NCBI GenBank assembly: GCA_046597055.1
Contig: JBKJLC010000124.1
Coordinates: 1 to 19,840, forward strand
Reading direction: 5' to 3'
Source of the DNA: Kofleriaceae bacterium
GTDB taxonomy: Bacteria; Myxococcota_A; Polyangia; Haliangiales; Haliangiaceae
DNA: 19,840 nt
The translations under genes were made by a program, and so were the position numbers. Numbering within the stretch: the first letter of the stretch is position 1; each line of letters starts with the position of its first letter. Under the pieces are notes generated by a model. That model saw only the letters and a program-made list of their open reading frames with translations. It made no database searches and had not been told where the DNA came from. Below are positions 12,705-19,840 of this stretch, in pieces.

Positions 12705-13486
12705 GGTGATGGGGAGCCTAGCGCGGCTCGGCCGATGCGCAGCAGGTCGGCCTCCAGCGGCTGGCCTTCGACCCGCGGCGCGACCGCGCTGCGCGGATGC
12801 GGCGCGTGGCGTGGCGACCAGCGCGCCTCGGGCACCACCAGCGACAGCGCCCAGGTCCGGCGCGGGGTGGCGGTCAGGTTGCGCGGCGACCGGTGCCACA
12901 GGTACGTGTGGTGCGCGATCGCGCCGCCGGCCGCGGTCGGCGCCGCCACCCCGGGCTGGTCGGGCCCGACCTCGATCGGCGGCAGCGCCGCGCGCGGATC
13001 GTCGTCGCCGGCCAGGCCCCAGCTGGCGCGCCGCTCGCCCAGGTGATGGGTGCCGAGCAGGTAGTAGAGGCACCCGTTGTCGAGGGTGACGTCGTCGAGC
13101 GCGATCCACAGCGTCAGACCGTCGGGTCGATCGAGCGGCAGGTACGAGAAGTCCTGGTGCCAGTCCAGGTCGTCGCCGCCGCCGTGCTTGACGAGCAGGT
13201 GGTCATGGAAGAGGACGAGCGCCGGGATCCCGAGCGCCGCGCACGCGACCTCGGCGACCGCGGGCACCAGCGCCGCCAGCACCGGCGACTGGCGCCAGGG
13301 GTCGTGCACGATGCCCGCGTAGGGGCCGGTCACGCACTGGCCGAGCAGATCATCGAACGCGGCGCGGGCCGCCGCCAGCTGCCCACGATCGAGCACCGGC
13401 CCCAGCGCCGCCGCGCCATCGGCGGCGAACACCGCGGCCGGATCGGCAGCGGCCTCACCGGGACTCGGCCACGTCGCGCACGGCAT
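12701..13486 (-). CDS. Phytanoyl-CoA dioxygenase (PhyH)-family Fe(II)/2-oxoglutarate dioxygenase
   Basis: WHQD (HxD), [17 protein letters not shown]...GTH, distal WHRSPRN...RR. Its TGA overlaps the msrB ATG (ATGA). Confidence 0.9.
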   Translation of the reverse strand: MPCATWPSPGEAAADPAAVFAADGAAALGPVLDRGQLAAARAAFDDLLGQCVTGPYAGIVHDPWRQSPVLAALVPAVAEVACAALGIPALVLFHDHLLVKHGGGDDLDWHQDFSYLPLDRPDGLTLWIALDDVTLDNGCLYYLLGTHHLGERRASWGLAGDDDPRAALPPIEVGPDQPGVAAPTAAGGAIAHHTYLWHRSPRNLTATPRRTWALSLVVPEARWSPRHAPHPRSAVAPRVEGQPLEADLLRIGRAALGSPSP

Positions 13487-13523
13487 GCTGCATGCTAGCG
13501 CGAACCGCGCCGCGGCCCGGGCC

Positions 13524-13925
13524 TTACAGCCCCACGAGCGGCGTCGCGCTCACGGTCCAGTTGTAGTTGCACTGCTCCGGCGGCCCGTCGGTCACCAGCG
13601 CAAAGCTGGCGGTCGCCGTGCCGTAGAGGTCGGGGCCGGTCTGGCGCAGCCGGTAGGCGATCGCGGGCGCCGCGGCGGGTCCGGTCGCGGTCGCGGGCCA
13701 GGACTCGGGCATCACGAACGACAGCTGGGGGATCGACACCGCGGTCCCCGGCTCCTCGGCCTCTTCGTACACGACGTCGGTGCCCACGGCAGCGGCCCTG
13801 AAGACGCGGTAGCCGGCGTCGGGATCGCCGCGGCAACCAGGTCGTCGTGATTCCGCTCCCCTGGCGACCACGCCGGCAGCCTTTGCCGCGCAACCGCGAC
13901 ATCGGCGCCAGAGGCCAGCGTCCAT
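13524..13925 (-). CDS. Hypothetical protein or 3' gene remnant
   Basis: The last ~100 codons are protein-like (YRVFRAAAVGTDVVYEE...QCNYNWTVSATP) with mostly G/C-ending codons; the first ~30 codons are not, and no convincing RBS was seen. Confidence 0.45.
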   Translation of the reverse strand: MDAGLWRRCRGCAAKAAGVVARGAESRRPGCRGDPDAGYRVFRAAAVGTDVVYEEAEEPGTAVSIPQLSFVMPESWPATATGPAAAPAIAYRLRQTGPDLYGTATASFALVTDGPPEQCNYNWTVSATPLVGL

Positions 13926-13948
13926 CGCCCGCGTGCGATGATGCGGCG

Positions 13949-15967
13949 ATGCGGGTGGTGGTGGGCCAGTTCGAGGGCATCGACGCGACCCCGGTGCTGC
14001 CGCTTGCCGCCGGCTGCCTGGTCGCGTCGGCGCGCATGGATCCCGAGCTGGCCCGACGCGCGCACTTCGACATCGAGCTCGCGCGCCGGCCGATCGCCGA
14101 CGCGGTCGCCAGCTACCATCGCCCCGACCTGCTCGGCTTCTCGCTGTATCCGTGGAACGCCGCCTACTCGCTGGCGGTGGCCGCCGCCGCCCGCGCCGCC
14201 CATCCTGATTGCCTGATCGTCGCCGGCGGCCCGTCGGTGCCGCGCCGGCCCGAGCTGGCCCGCCGCTTCCTCGACGAGCACCCCGCGCTCGACGTCCTGG
14301 CGTTCGCGGAGGGCGAGCTGACCTTCCGCGCGCTGGCCCGCGCCCACCTGGACGGCACCGCGCTCGACGCGATCCCCGGAATCGCCGTGCGCGGCCCCGG
14401 CGGCGCGCACCGCCTCACCAGCCCGCCCGGGCGCGTCCACGACTTCACCGCGACCGCGTCGCCGTACCTCGACGGCACCTTCGACGAGCTGTTCGCGCGC
14501 CACCGCGCACGCTTCAGCATGGCGCTGTGCGAGACCAACCGCGGCTGCCCGTTCTCGTGCACGTTCTGCGACTGGTCGCTGACCAAGAAGGTCGTCGAGT
14601 TCCCGCTCGAGCGGGTCCACGCCGAGCTCGACTGGGTGGTCGCGCACGGCTTCCACCACGTCATGCTGGCCGACGCCAACTTCGGCATCCGGCCGCGCGA
14701 CCCGGCGATCGCCCGGCGGCTGGTCGAGCTGCGCCGGCGCACCGGCGCGCCGCGCACGTTCTACTTCTACCTCACCAAGAACAACCACCAGCGCAACCTC
14801 GAGACCATCGAGATCCTGCAGGCCGGCGACATCGGCTGCTGGGTCGGCCTCGCGGTCCAGGACTTCGACGACGGCGTGCTCGAGGCGGTCAAGCGCGACA
14901 ACATCCAGACCGGTGAGTCGATGCAGCTGCGCAGCCTCTGCGGCGAGCGCGGCATCCCCACCTTCAACGAGCTGATCCTCGGGCTGCCCGGCCAGACCTT
15001 CGCGTCGTTCACCGCGACCATCGCGACCGCGATGCCGGCCCTGCCCCGCCACGACTTCGTGCTGTTCATGTGCCGGCTGATCGACAACACCGAGCTCGGC
15101 GATCCGGCTTCGCGCGCGCGGTTCGGGCTCGAGACCCGCCGCTGCCAGTGGAAGACCTCGACCGCCGACTGGGATCCGATCGTCGACGAGTACCAGGAGG
15201 TCGTGGTCGCGACCCACGACCTGCCGCTGGCCGACTGGCGGCGCGCCTACCGGTTCGCCTTCCTGGCCGCCGCGTTCTACAACCTGCGCCTGCTCCGGGT
15301 CGTACTCCATCACGTCATCGACGCGACCGGGCTCGACCTGCGCGACTACCTCACGCACCTCGCCGATCGACTCACCAGCGCCGCGCCCGGCTCGGTCTAC
15401 GCCGAGCTCGACGCGATCGTCGAGCGCTACCTCGCATCGCTGCTCGGGTGCGGCCCGTTCGTCCTCCCGCTCGACCTCGGCGCCGACCCGACCGCGCCGT
15501 CGGGCCCCGCCGTGCCGGTGCCGGTCGACGAAGCGATCACGATCGCCGCGTTGCGCCGCTATCCCGACTTCCTGGCCGAGACCGAGGCCCACACCCGGCG
15601 CTTCCTCGCCGCCGCCAACCAGGCCGCGGTCCCGACCCTGGCCGAGGCGTTCCGCTACCAGGCGCTGACCACCCCGCGCTGGCAGGTGACCGAGCCGGTG
15701 GTCGCGCGCCTCGATCACGACTGGCCGAGCTACGTCGCCGCCGGTGGCAGCGGCGCCGCCCTGGTCGCGCGCCCGACCTCGGTGCGCTTCGTGCCGCCGA
15801 CCTACGCGGCGGTCCCGTCGTTCGCCACCTTCGCCATCACCCACCAGGCCTGCATCCGGGCCCGCCTCGACGTCGGGGTGGTCGAGCCGGTCGATCGCGC
15901 CGCCCTGCCCGGGCAACCCGGCCGGCCCCGGGCTCGCAGCCTGGTCGTCCTGCCCACCAGCGGCTGA
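13949..15967 (+). CDS. Cobalamin-binding radical SAM protein (class B methyltransferase-like)
   Basis: N-terminal B12-binding pattern (LPLAAGCL, PDLLGFSLYPWN, IVAGGP, EGE), SPYL, then ETNRGCPFSCTFCDW (CxxxCxxC), DANFG, ELILGLPGQT, and a long C-terminal extension. Start at ATG 13949 inferred. Confidence 0.92.
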   Translation: MRVVVGQFEGIDATPVLPLAAGCLVASARMDPELARRAHFDIELARRPIADAVASYHRPDLLGFSLYPWNAAYSLAVAAAARAAHPDCLIVAGGPSVPRRPELARRFLDEHPALDVLAFAEGELTFRALARAHLDGTALDAIPGIAVRGPGGAHRLTSPPGRVHDFTATASPYLDGTFDELFARHRARFSMALCETNRGCPFSCTFCDWSLTKKVVEFPLERVHAELDWVVAHGFHHVMLADANFGIRPRDPAIARRLVELRRRTGAPRTFYFYLTKNNHQRNLETIEILQAGDIGCWVGLAVQDFDDGVLEAVKRDNIQTGESMQLRSLCGERGIPTFNELILGLPGQTFASFTATIATAMPALPRHDFVLFMCRLIDNTELGDPASRARFGLETRRCQWKTSTADWDPIVDEYQEVVVATHDLPLADWRRAYRFAFLAAAFYNLRLLRVVLHHVIDATGLDLRDYLTHLADRLTSAAPGSVYAELDAIVERYLASLLGCGPFVLPLDLGADPTAPSGPAVPVPVDEAITIAALRRYPDFLAETEAHTRRFLAAANQAAVPTLAEAFRYQALTTPRWQVTEPVVARLDHDWPSYVAAGGSGAALVARPTSVRFVPPTYAAVPSFATFAITHQACIRARLDVGVVEPVDRAALPGQPGRPRARSLVVLPTSG

Positions 15968-16018
15968 CGTGGGACGGCTCCCTACCCAAGCCGCCGGTAT
16001 CTTTGCGGCATTTGCTAC

Positions 16019-16050
16019 TTGCCAAGATTCGAATCATTGAATATATAAAT
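16019..16050 (+). promoter_or_regulatory. Sigma70-like promoter with overlapping palindromes (candidate SahR operator)
   Basis: Strongly AT-rich patch: TTGCCA (16019-24), then TATATA/TATAAA (16042-49). GATTCGAATC palindrome (16026-35) and ATTCGA-N4-TTGAAT (16027-42) sit between them. Confidence 0.65.
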
Positions 16051-16060
16051 CCTTGTCGCC

Positions 16061-17014
16061 ATGGTCGCCCCCGCCACTCCCCGCGCTGATCTCTTCCGCC
16101 TGCTCGGCGACGAAGATCGGCTGCGCCTGCTGGCGCTGTGCGCGGAGGAGGAGCTGACCGTGGGTGAGCTCGCCTCGCTGCTCGACGAGAGCCAGCCGCA
16201 GATCACCAAGAAGTCACAGCCCCTGCGCGAGGCCGGCCTCCTCACCGCCCGCCGCGACGGCACCCGCACCCTGCTCAAGTCCCACCTCGGCGTCGACCCG
16301 ATCGTCGGGGCCGGCTTCGACGAGGGCCGCGCGCTGTGCATGCGCGACGGCAGCCTGGCCCGCATCGCGGCGACCATCGCCCAGCGCGACGAGCACTCGC
16401 GCCGCTACTTCGACGAGCGCGCCGCGGCCAGCGATGGCGAACCGGCCACCCTCGCCAGCGAGCTCACCGCCTGGCTCCCGATCTTCGCGCCGCTCCTGCC
16501 CGGCCGCGCGCTCGCGGTCGACGTGGGCACCGGCGAGGGCACCCTGCTGCCGCTCCTGTCACCGCTCTACGAGCGGGTGGTCGCGGTCGATCGCAGCCCG
16601 GCCCGGCTCGCCCGCTGCGCCGCCCGCCTGGCCGCGCTCGGCCTGCCCAACGTCCGCCTGCGCGAGGGCGACGTCGAGGACGCCGGCCTCACCGAGGACA
16701 TCCGCGATCGCGGCGGCGCCGACATCGTGCTGATGGCGCGCGTGCTCCACCACTCGGCGCGCCCGCAGGATGCGGTCGCGGCGGCGGCCCGGCTGCTCCG
16801 GGCCGGCGGTCACCTGGTGGTGGTCGACTACCTTCCCCACACCGACGAGACCATGCGCGAGCAAGGCGACGTCTGGCTCGGCTTCGAGCCGACCAAGCTG
16901 CGCGCGTACGTCGAGGGCGCCGCCCTCGAGCTGATCACCCAGGCGCCGCTGCCCACCAGCGAGCCCCTGCCCCTGCAACTCGCCATCGGCCGGCGCGCGC
17001 GCCTGCCGTCCTGA
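16061..17014 (+). CDS. sahR: ArsR-family HTH plus class I SAM-binding domain regulator (SahR-like)
   Basis: FRLLGDEDRLRLLAL...ELTVGELASLLDESQPQIT...LREAGLL HTH; VDVGTGEG SAM-binding motif; VLHH; WLGF. Lies directly upstream of ahcY, the typical SahR context. Confidence 0.85.
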   Translation: MVAPATPRADLFRLLGDEDRLRLLALCAEEELTVGELASLLDESQPQITKKSQPLREAGLLTARRDGTRTLLKSHLGVDPIVGAGFDEGRALCMRDGSLARIAATIAQRDEHSRRYFDERAAASDGEPATLASELTAWLPIFAPLLPGRALAVDVGTGEGTLLPLLSPLYERVVAVDRSPARLARCAARLAALGLPNVRLREGDVEDAGLTEDIRDRGGADIVLMARVLHHSARPQDAVAAAARLLRAGGHLVVVDYLPHTDETMREQGDVWLGFEPTKLRAYVEGAALELITQAPLPTSEPLPLQLAIGRRARLPS

Positions 17015-17064
17015 TTTTTCAACCGCCTCCGCGACCGCGCTGACACACAACCATGGAGACTTCG

Positions 17065-18522
17065 ATGGACATCCGCAACGAGTTCCCAGCGTTCAAGATC
17101 AAGGACATCACCCTGGCCGAGCTCGGTCGCAAGAAGATCCGCATGGCCGAGAAGGAGATGCCCGGCCTGATGTCGCTGCGCGAGGAGTTCAAGGGCCAGG
17201 CCCCGCTCAAGGGCGCCCGGGTCGCCGGCTGCCTGCACATGACGATCGAGACCGCGGTGCTGATGGAGACCCTGGTCGCGCTCGGCGCCGAGGTCACCTG
17301 GACCTCGTGCAACATCTACTCGACCCAGGACGAGGCGGCGGCCGCGATGGCCAAGGCCGGCATTCCGGTGTTCGCGTGGAAGGGCGAGACCCTCGAGGAG
17401 TACTGGCAGAACATCGAGCTCCAGCTCAACGCCTTCAAGGGCGGCGCCGGTCCCAACCTGATCCTCGACGACGGTGGCGATCTGACCCTCTTGGTCCACA
17501 AGGGCGCCGAGTACGAGCAGGCCGGCGCCGTGCCGAACCCGGCCAACGCCGGCAACGACGAGCTGCGCGTCATCCTGTCGGTGCTCACCGAGAGCCTGAA
17601 GAAGGACAGCAAGCGCTTCCAGACCCACGCCGCCGCGATCAAGGGCGTGTCGGAAGAGACCACCACCGGCGTGCACCGGCTGTACGAGATGGCCAAGCAG
17701 GGCCAGCTGCTGTTCCCGTGCATCAACGTCAACGACTCGGTCACCAAGTCGAAGTTCGACAACCTCTACGGCTGCCGCGAGTCGCTGTTCGATGGCATCA
17801 AGCGCGCGACCGACATCATGGTCGCCGGCAAGGTCCTGGTCGTCGCCGGCTACGGTGACGTCGGCAAGGGCTGCGCCCACGCCGGCCGCGGCCTCGGCGC
17901 CCGCGTGCTGATCACCGAGATCGATCCCATCTGCGCGCTGCAGGCCGCGATGGAGGGCTACGAGGTCGTGACGATGGAGGACGCGGCCCCGATCGGCGAC
18001 ATCTTCGTCACCGCCACCGGCTGCATGGACGTCATCAAGGGCGAGCACATGGCCGCCATGAAGGACGAGGCCATCCTCTCCAACATTGGGCACTTCGACA
18101 GCGAGATCCAGGTCTCGTGGCTCGAGAACAACAAGGAGATCACCGAGGAGAACATCAAGCCGCAGGTCGACCAGTTCATCTTCCCCAACGGCAAGCGCAT
18201 CACGCTGCTCGCCCGCGGTCGCCTGGTCAACCTCGGCTGTGGCACCGGCCACCCGTCGTTCGTGATGTCGAACTCGTTCACCAACCAGGTCATGGCGCAG
18301 ATGGCGCTGTGGGCCAACGCGACCCACGGCCAGGACGAGATCACCGGCATGAGCTTCGCCAGCGGCAAGGTCTACGTCCTGCCCAAGAAGCTCGACGAGA
18401 AGGTGGCCCGCCTCCACCTCGCCAAGGTCGGCGTCAAGCTGACCACGCTCAGCAAGGAGCAGGCGGAGTACCTGGGCGTGCCGGTCGACGGGCCGTTCAA
18501 GCCCGACCACTACCGCTACTGA
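17065..18522 (+). CDS. ahcY: Adenosylhomocysteinase (SAH hydrolase)
   Basis: [79 protein letters not shown] 6 nt before ATG 17065 favours it over 17053. Confidence 0.98.
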   Translation: MDIRNEFPAFKIKDITLAELGRKKIRMAEKEMPGLMSLREEFKGQAPLKGARVAGCLHMTIETAVLMETLVALGAEVTWTSCNIYSTQDEAAAAMAKAGIPVFAWKGETLEEYWQNIELQLNAFKGGAGPNLILDDGGDLTLLVHKGAEYEQAGAVPNPANAGNDELRVILSVLTESLKKDSKRFQTHAAAIKGVSEETTTGVHRLYEMAKQGQLLFPCINVNDSVTKSKFDNLYGCRESLFDGIKRATDIMVAGKVLVVAGYGDVGKGCAHAGRGLGARVLITEIDPICALQAAMEGYEVVTMEDAAPIGDIFVTATGCMDVIKGEHMAAMKDEAILSNIGHFDSEIQVSWLENNKEITEENIKPQVDQFIFPNGKRITLLARGRLVNLGCGTGHPSFVMSNSFTNQVMAQMALWANATHGQDEITGMSFASGKVYVLPKKLDEKVARLHLAKVGVKLTTLSKEQAEYLGVPVDGPFKPDHYRY

Positions 18523-18596
18523 TCGGGTGGCGAGTCGGCCCGCGGTCTTCGTGACCGCGGCCGACCGCGCAGCCTCTGGCATTGTGCGGTGGCGAT

Positions 18597-18611
18597 CGGC
18601 ACCTACGTTGC
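18597..18611 (+). promoter_or_regulatory. Putative sigma54 promoter for the downstream lipoprotein
   Basis: CGGCAC-CTACG-TTGC differs from TGGCAC-N5-TTGC by one base; it ends about 60 nt before ATG 18671. Confidence 0.6.
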
Positions 18612-18670
18612 GCAGCTCGCGCGGCGCGCGGTACCGGACTGGTGGCCCTCGTTCACCGGAGAACCGCGCA

Positions 18671-19525
18671 ATGAGATCTCTTCTGCTCGTCTCGCTCGCG
18701 TTCGCGACCACCGCCGCCTGCCTCGATGTCGACGATGACGTCGCCGAGGTGCCCGGCACCACCGCCGCCGCGGCGCTCACCAGCTGCGTCGGCGACGTCG
18801 CCGTCAGCGGCGGCGTGCCTGCCTACCAGACCTGGTTCGGCTTCTTGCCGCGCGACGTCTCACCCGACCAGGTCTGGGTGTCGTTCCCGCTCGACGCCAG
18901 CCGCTCGCAGTACGCGGCGTTCCAGGTCGACTGGCGCTCGGGCCGGGTGACCTGGGCGACCAAGGTGGCGGCCTGGCAGCGCCCGGTCCTGCTGGGCATC
19001 ATGGCCGGCGCGACCGGTCGTGTGAGCGCGGTGCAGACCCCACCGCCGCCGCCGCCGGCCGGTACCAGCTGGGCCAAGTTCCTGGTCGCGTACGCCAAGG
19101 GCGTTCATCTCGCATACGACAACGCGGGGACCGCCGCGTCCTGCACCGGCGCGTTCACGCCGACCGGCACCGTGCCGGCGTACAGCCTCTGGCTCGGGAC
19201 CCTGCCGCCCCGGGTCTCCGATCACCAGATGTACGTGTACCGGCCGCTCGACGACACCGGTCGCGAGTTCGCGGCCTTCCAGATCGACCTGGTGCGCTCG
19301 CAGGTCACGTGGGCGACCAAGGTCTCGGCCCTGCAGGTGCCGTTCCTGGTCGGTCAGATGGCCGCCGATGGGATCAGCCGGGTCACCGGCATCCGCAAGC
19401 CGCCGCCGCCGCCCCCGCCGATCGGCACCGACTGGCTGATCGGCTTCGGTCGCCTCGGGCACTTCTCGTTCGAGGACGGCCTGAACATCGGCGGCCTCCC
19501 GACCCGCGGCTTCGAGCGGATGTAG
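18671..19525 (+). CDS. Uncharacterised lipoprotein with two tandem ~119-aa domains, each containing a poly-proline run
   Basis: GGAG RBS; signal MRSLLLVSLAFATTAAC with lipobox-like Cys; clear internal duplication. Confidence 0.82.
   Translation: MRSLLLVSLAFATTAACLDVDDDVAEVPGTTAAAALTSCVGDVAVSGGVPAYQTWFGFLPRDVSPDQVWVSFPLDASRSQYAAFQVDWRSGRVTWATKVAAWQRPVLLGIMAGATGRVSAVQTPPPPPPAGTSWAKFLVAYAKGVHLAYDNAGTAASCTGAFTPTGTVPAYSLWLGTLPPRVSDHQMYVYRPLDDTGREFAAFQIDLVRSQVTWATKVSALQVPFLVGQMAADGISRVTGIRKPPPPPPPIGTDWLIGFGRLGHFSFEDGLNIGGLPTRGFERM
18782..19435 (+). repeat. Intragenic tandem duplication with 357-nt offset (units start at about 18782 and 19139)
   Basis: Both units follow SC-x9-VPAY..W.G.LP..VS..Q..V..PLD......AAFQ.D......VTWATKV...PPPPPP.GT.W. 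Confidence 0.9.
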
Positions 19526-19569
19526 CCGCGCCGGCGCGGGTTATCCGGGCCGGTCACACCGGTGCCAGG

Positions 19570-19840
19570 CTACTCCGAAGGACACTCGCAGGCGCCGGCC
19601 GGGCTCGGGGCGCTGGCGTCGTCAGCGGTTCTCCGAGCGAACCGGCCGATGTGCTCGATCAAGGCCTCCAGCCGGTACGGCTTGGCCAGGTAGTCGACGG
19701 CGCCCATCGCCGCCGTCCGTCGCCGCAGATCGGCCCCCGCCGAGGTCACCACGATCGGGATCGTCACGCCGCGCGCGCGCAGCTCGCGGCTGAACGTCTC
19801 GCCGTCCATCACCGGCATGAGCAGGTCGAGGATGATGACG
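19570..19840 (-). CDS. Response regulator receiver domain (CheY-like), 5' end outside the window
   Basis: VIILDLLMPVMDG (phospho-Asp), IPIVVTS, GAVDYLAKPY. Confidence 0.9.
   Translation of the reverse strand, partial: VIILDLLMPVMDGETFSRELRARGVTIPIVVTSAGADLRRRTAAMGAVDYLAKPYRLEALIEHIGRFARRTADDASAPSPAGACECPSE

Noticed and set aside
13949..15967. B12 radical SAM enzyme as the maturase of the 495-713 precursor
   Set aside because: More than 13 kb away with unrelated genes between, no recognisable RiPP recognition element, and no shared upstream motif. Not excluded, but unsupported.
17015..17064. SAH or SAM riboswitch upstream of ahcY
   Set aside because: The spacer is only about 50 nt and I see no riboswitch consensus here or before sahR; regulation is explained by the SahR-like protein.
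13712..18780. 734-aa and 650-aa minus-strand ORFs
   Set aside because: Antisense mirrors of the radical SAM gene and ahcY.
19040..19420. CCG trinucleotide runs as phase-variable microsatellites
   Set aside because: They are in-frame poly-Pro codons with synonymous interruptions, at equivalent positions in the two protein repeats.
19526..19539. GC palindrome CCGCGCCGGCGCGG as an intrinsic terminator
   Set aside because: Short stem with no real U-tract; such palindromes are common at this GC content. The same applies to the one near 8497-8508.

Overview
Very GC-rich bacterial DNA; the gene content (kinase-STAND-WD40 protein, FHA-histidine kinase, sigma54-like promoters, lipoproteins) suggests Myxococcota, by inference only. 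Left to right: the 3' end of an ISAzo13-like insertion sequence; two tandem minus-strand small genes with RiPP-precursor-like leaders, one intact (495-713, double-glycine leader) and one apparently cut by the IS (158-209, missing from the ORF track); a Ser/Thr kinase-nSTAND ATPase-TM-WD40 gene; an FHA-histidine kinase; an aldo/keto reductase; a GH13 lipoprotein; a minus-strand run PhyH dioxygenase-msrB-DoxX-VF530-YqiA hydrolase; a small orphan ORF; a B12-dependent radical SAM enzyme; sahR-ahcY; a lipoprotein with two tandem poly-Pro-containing domains; and a truncated receiver domain. The most notable signal is at 1-900: both precursor-like genes are preceded by the same GGCGTGATA sigma54-like element, with a shared TCGGATT(G/C)CGCAATC palindrome 98-99 bp further upstream, suggesting a co-regulated precursor array. 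All calls come from motifs read by eye; no database searches were run.
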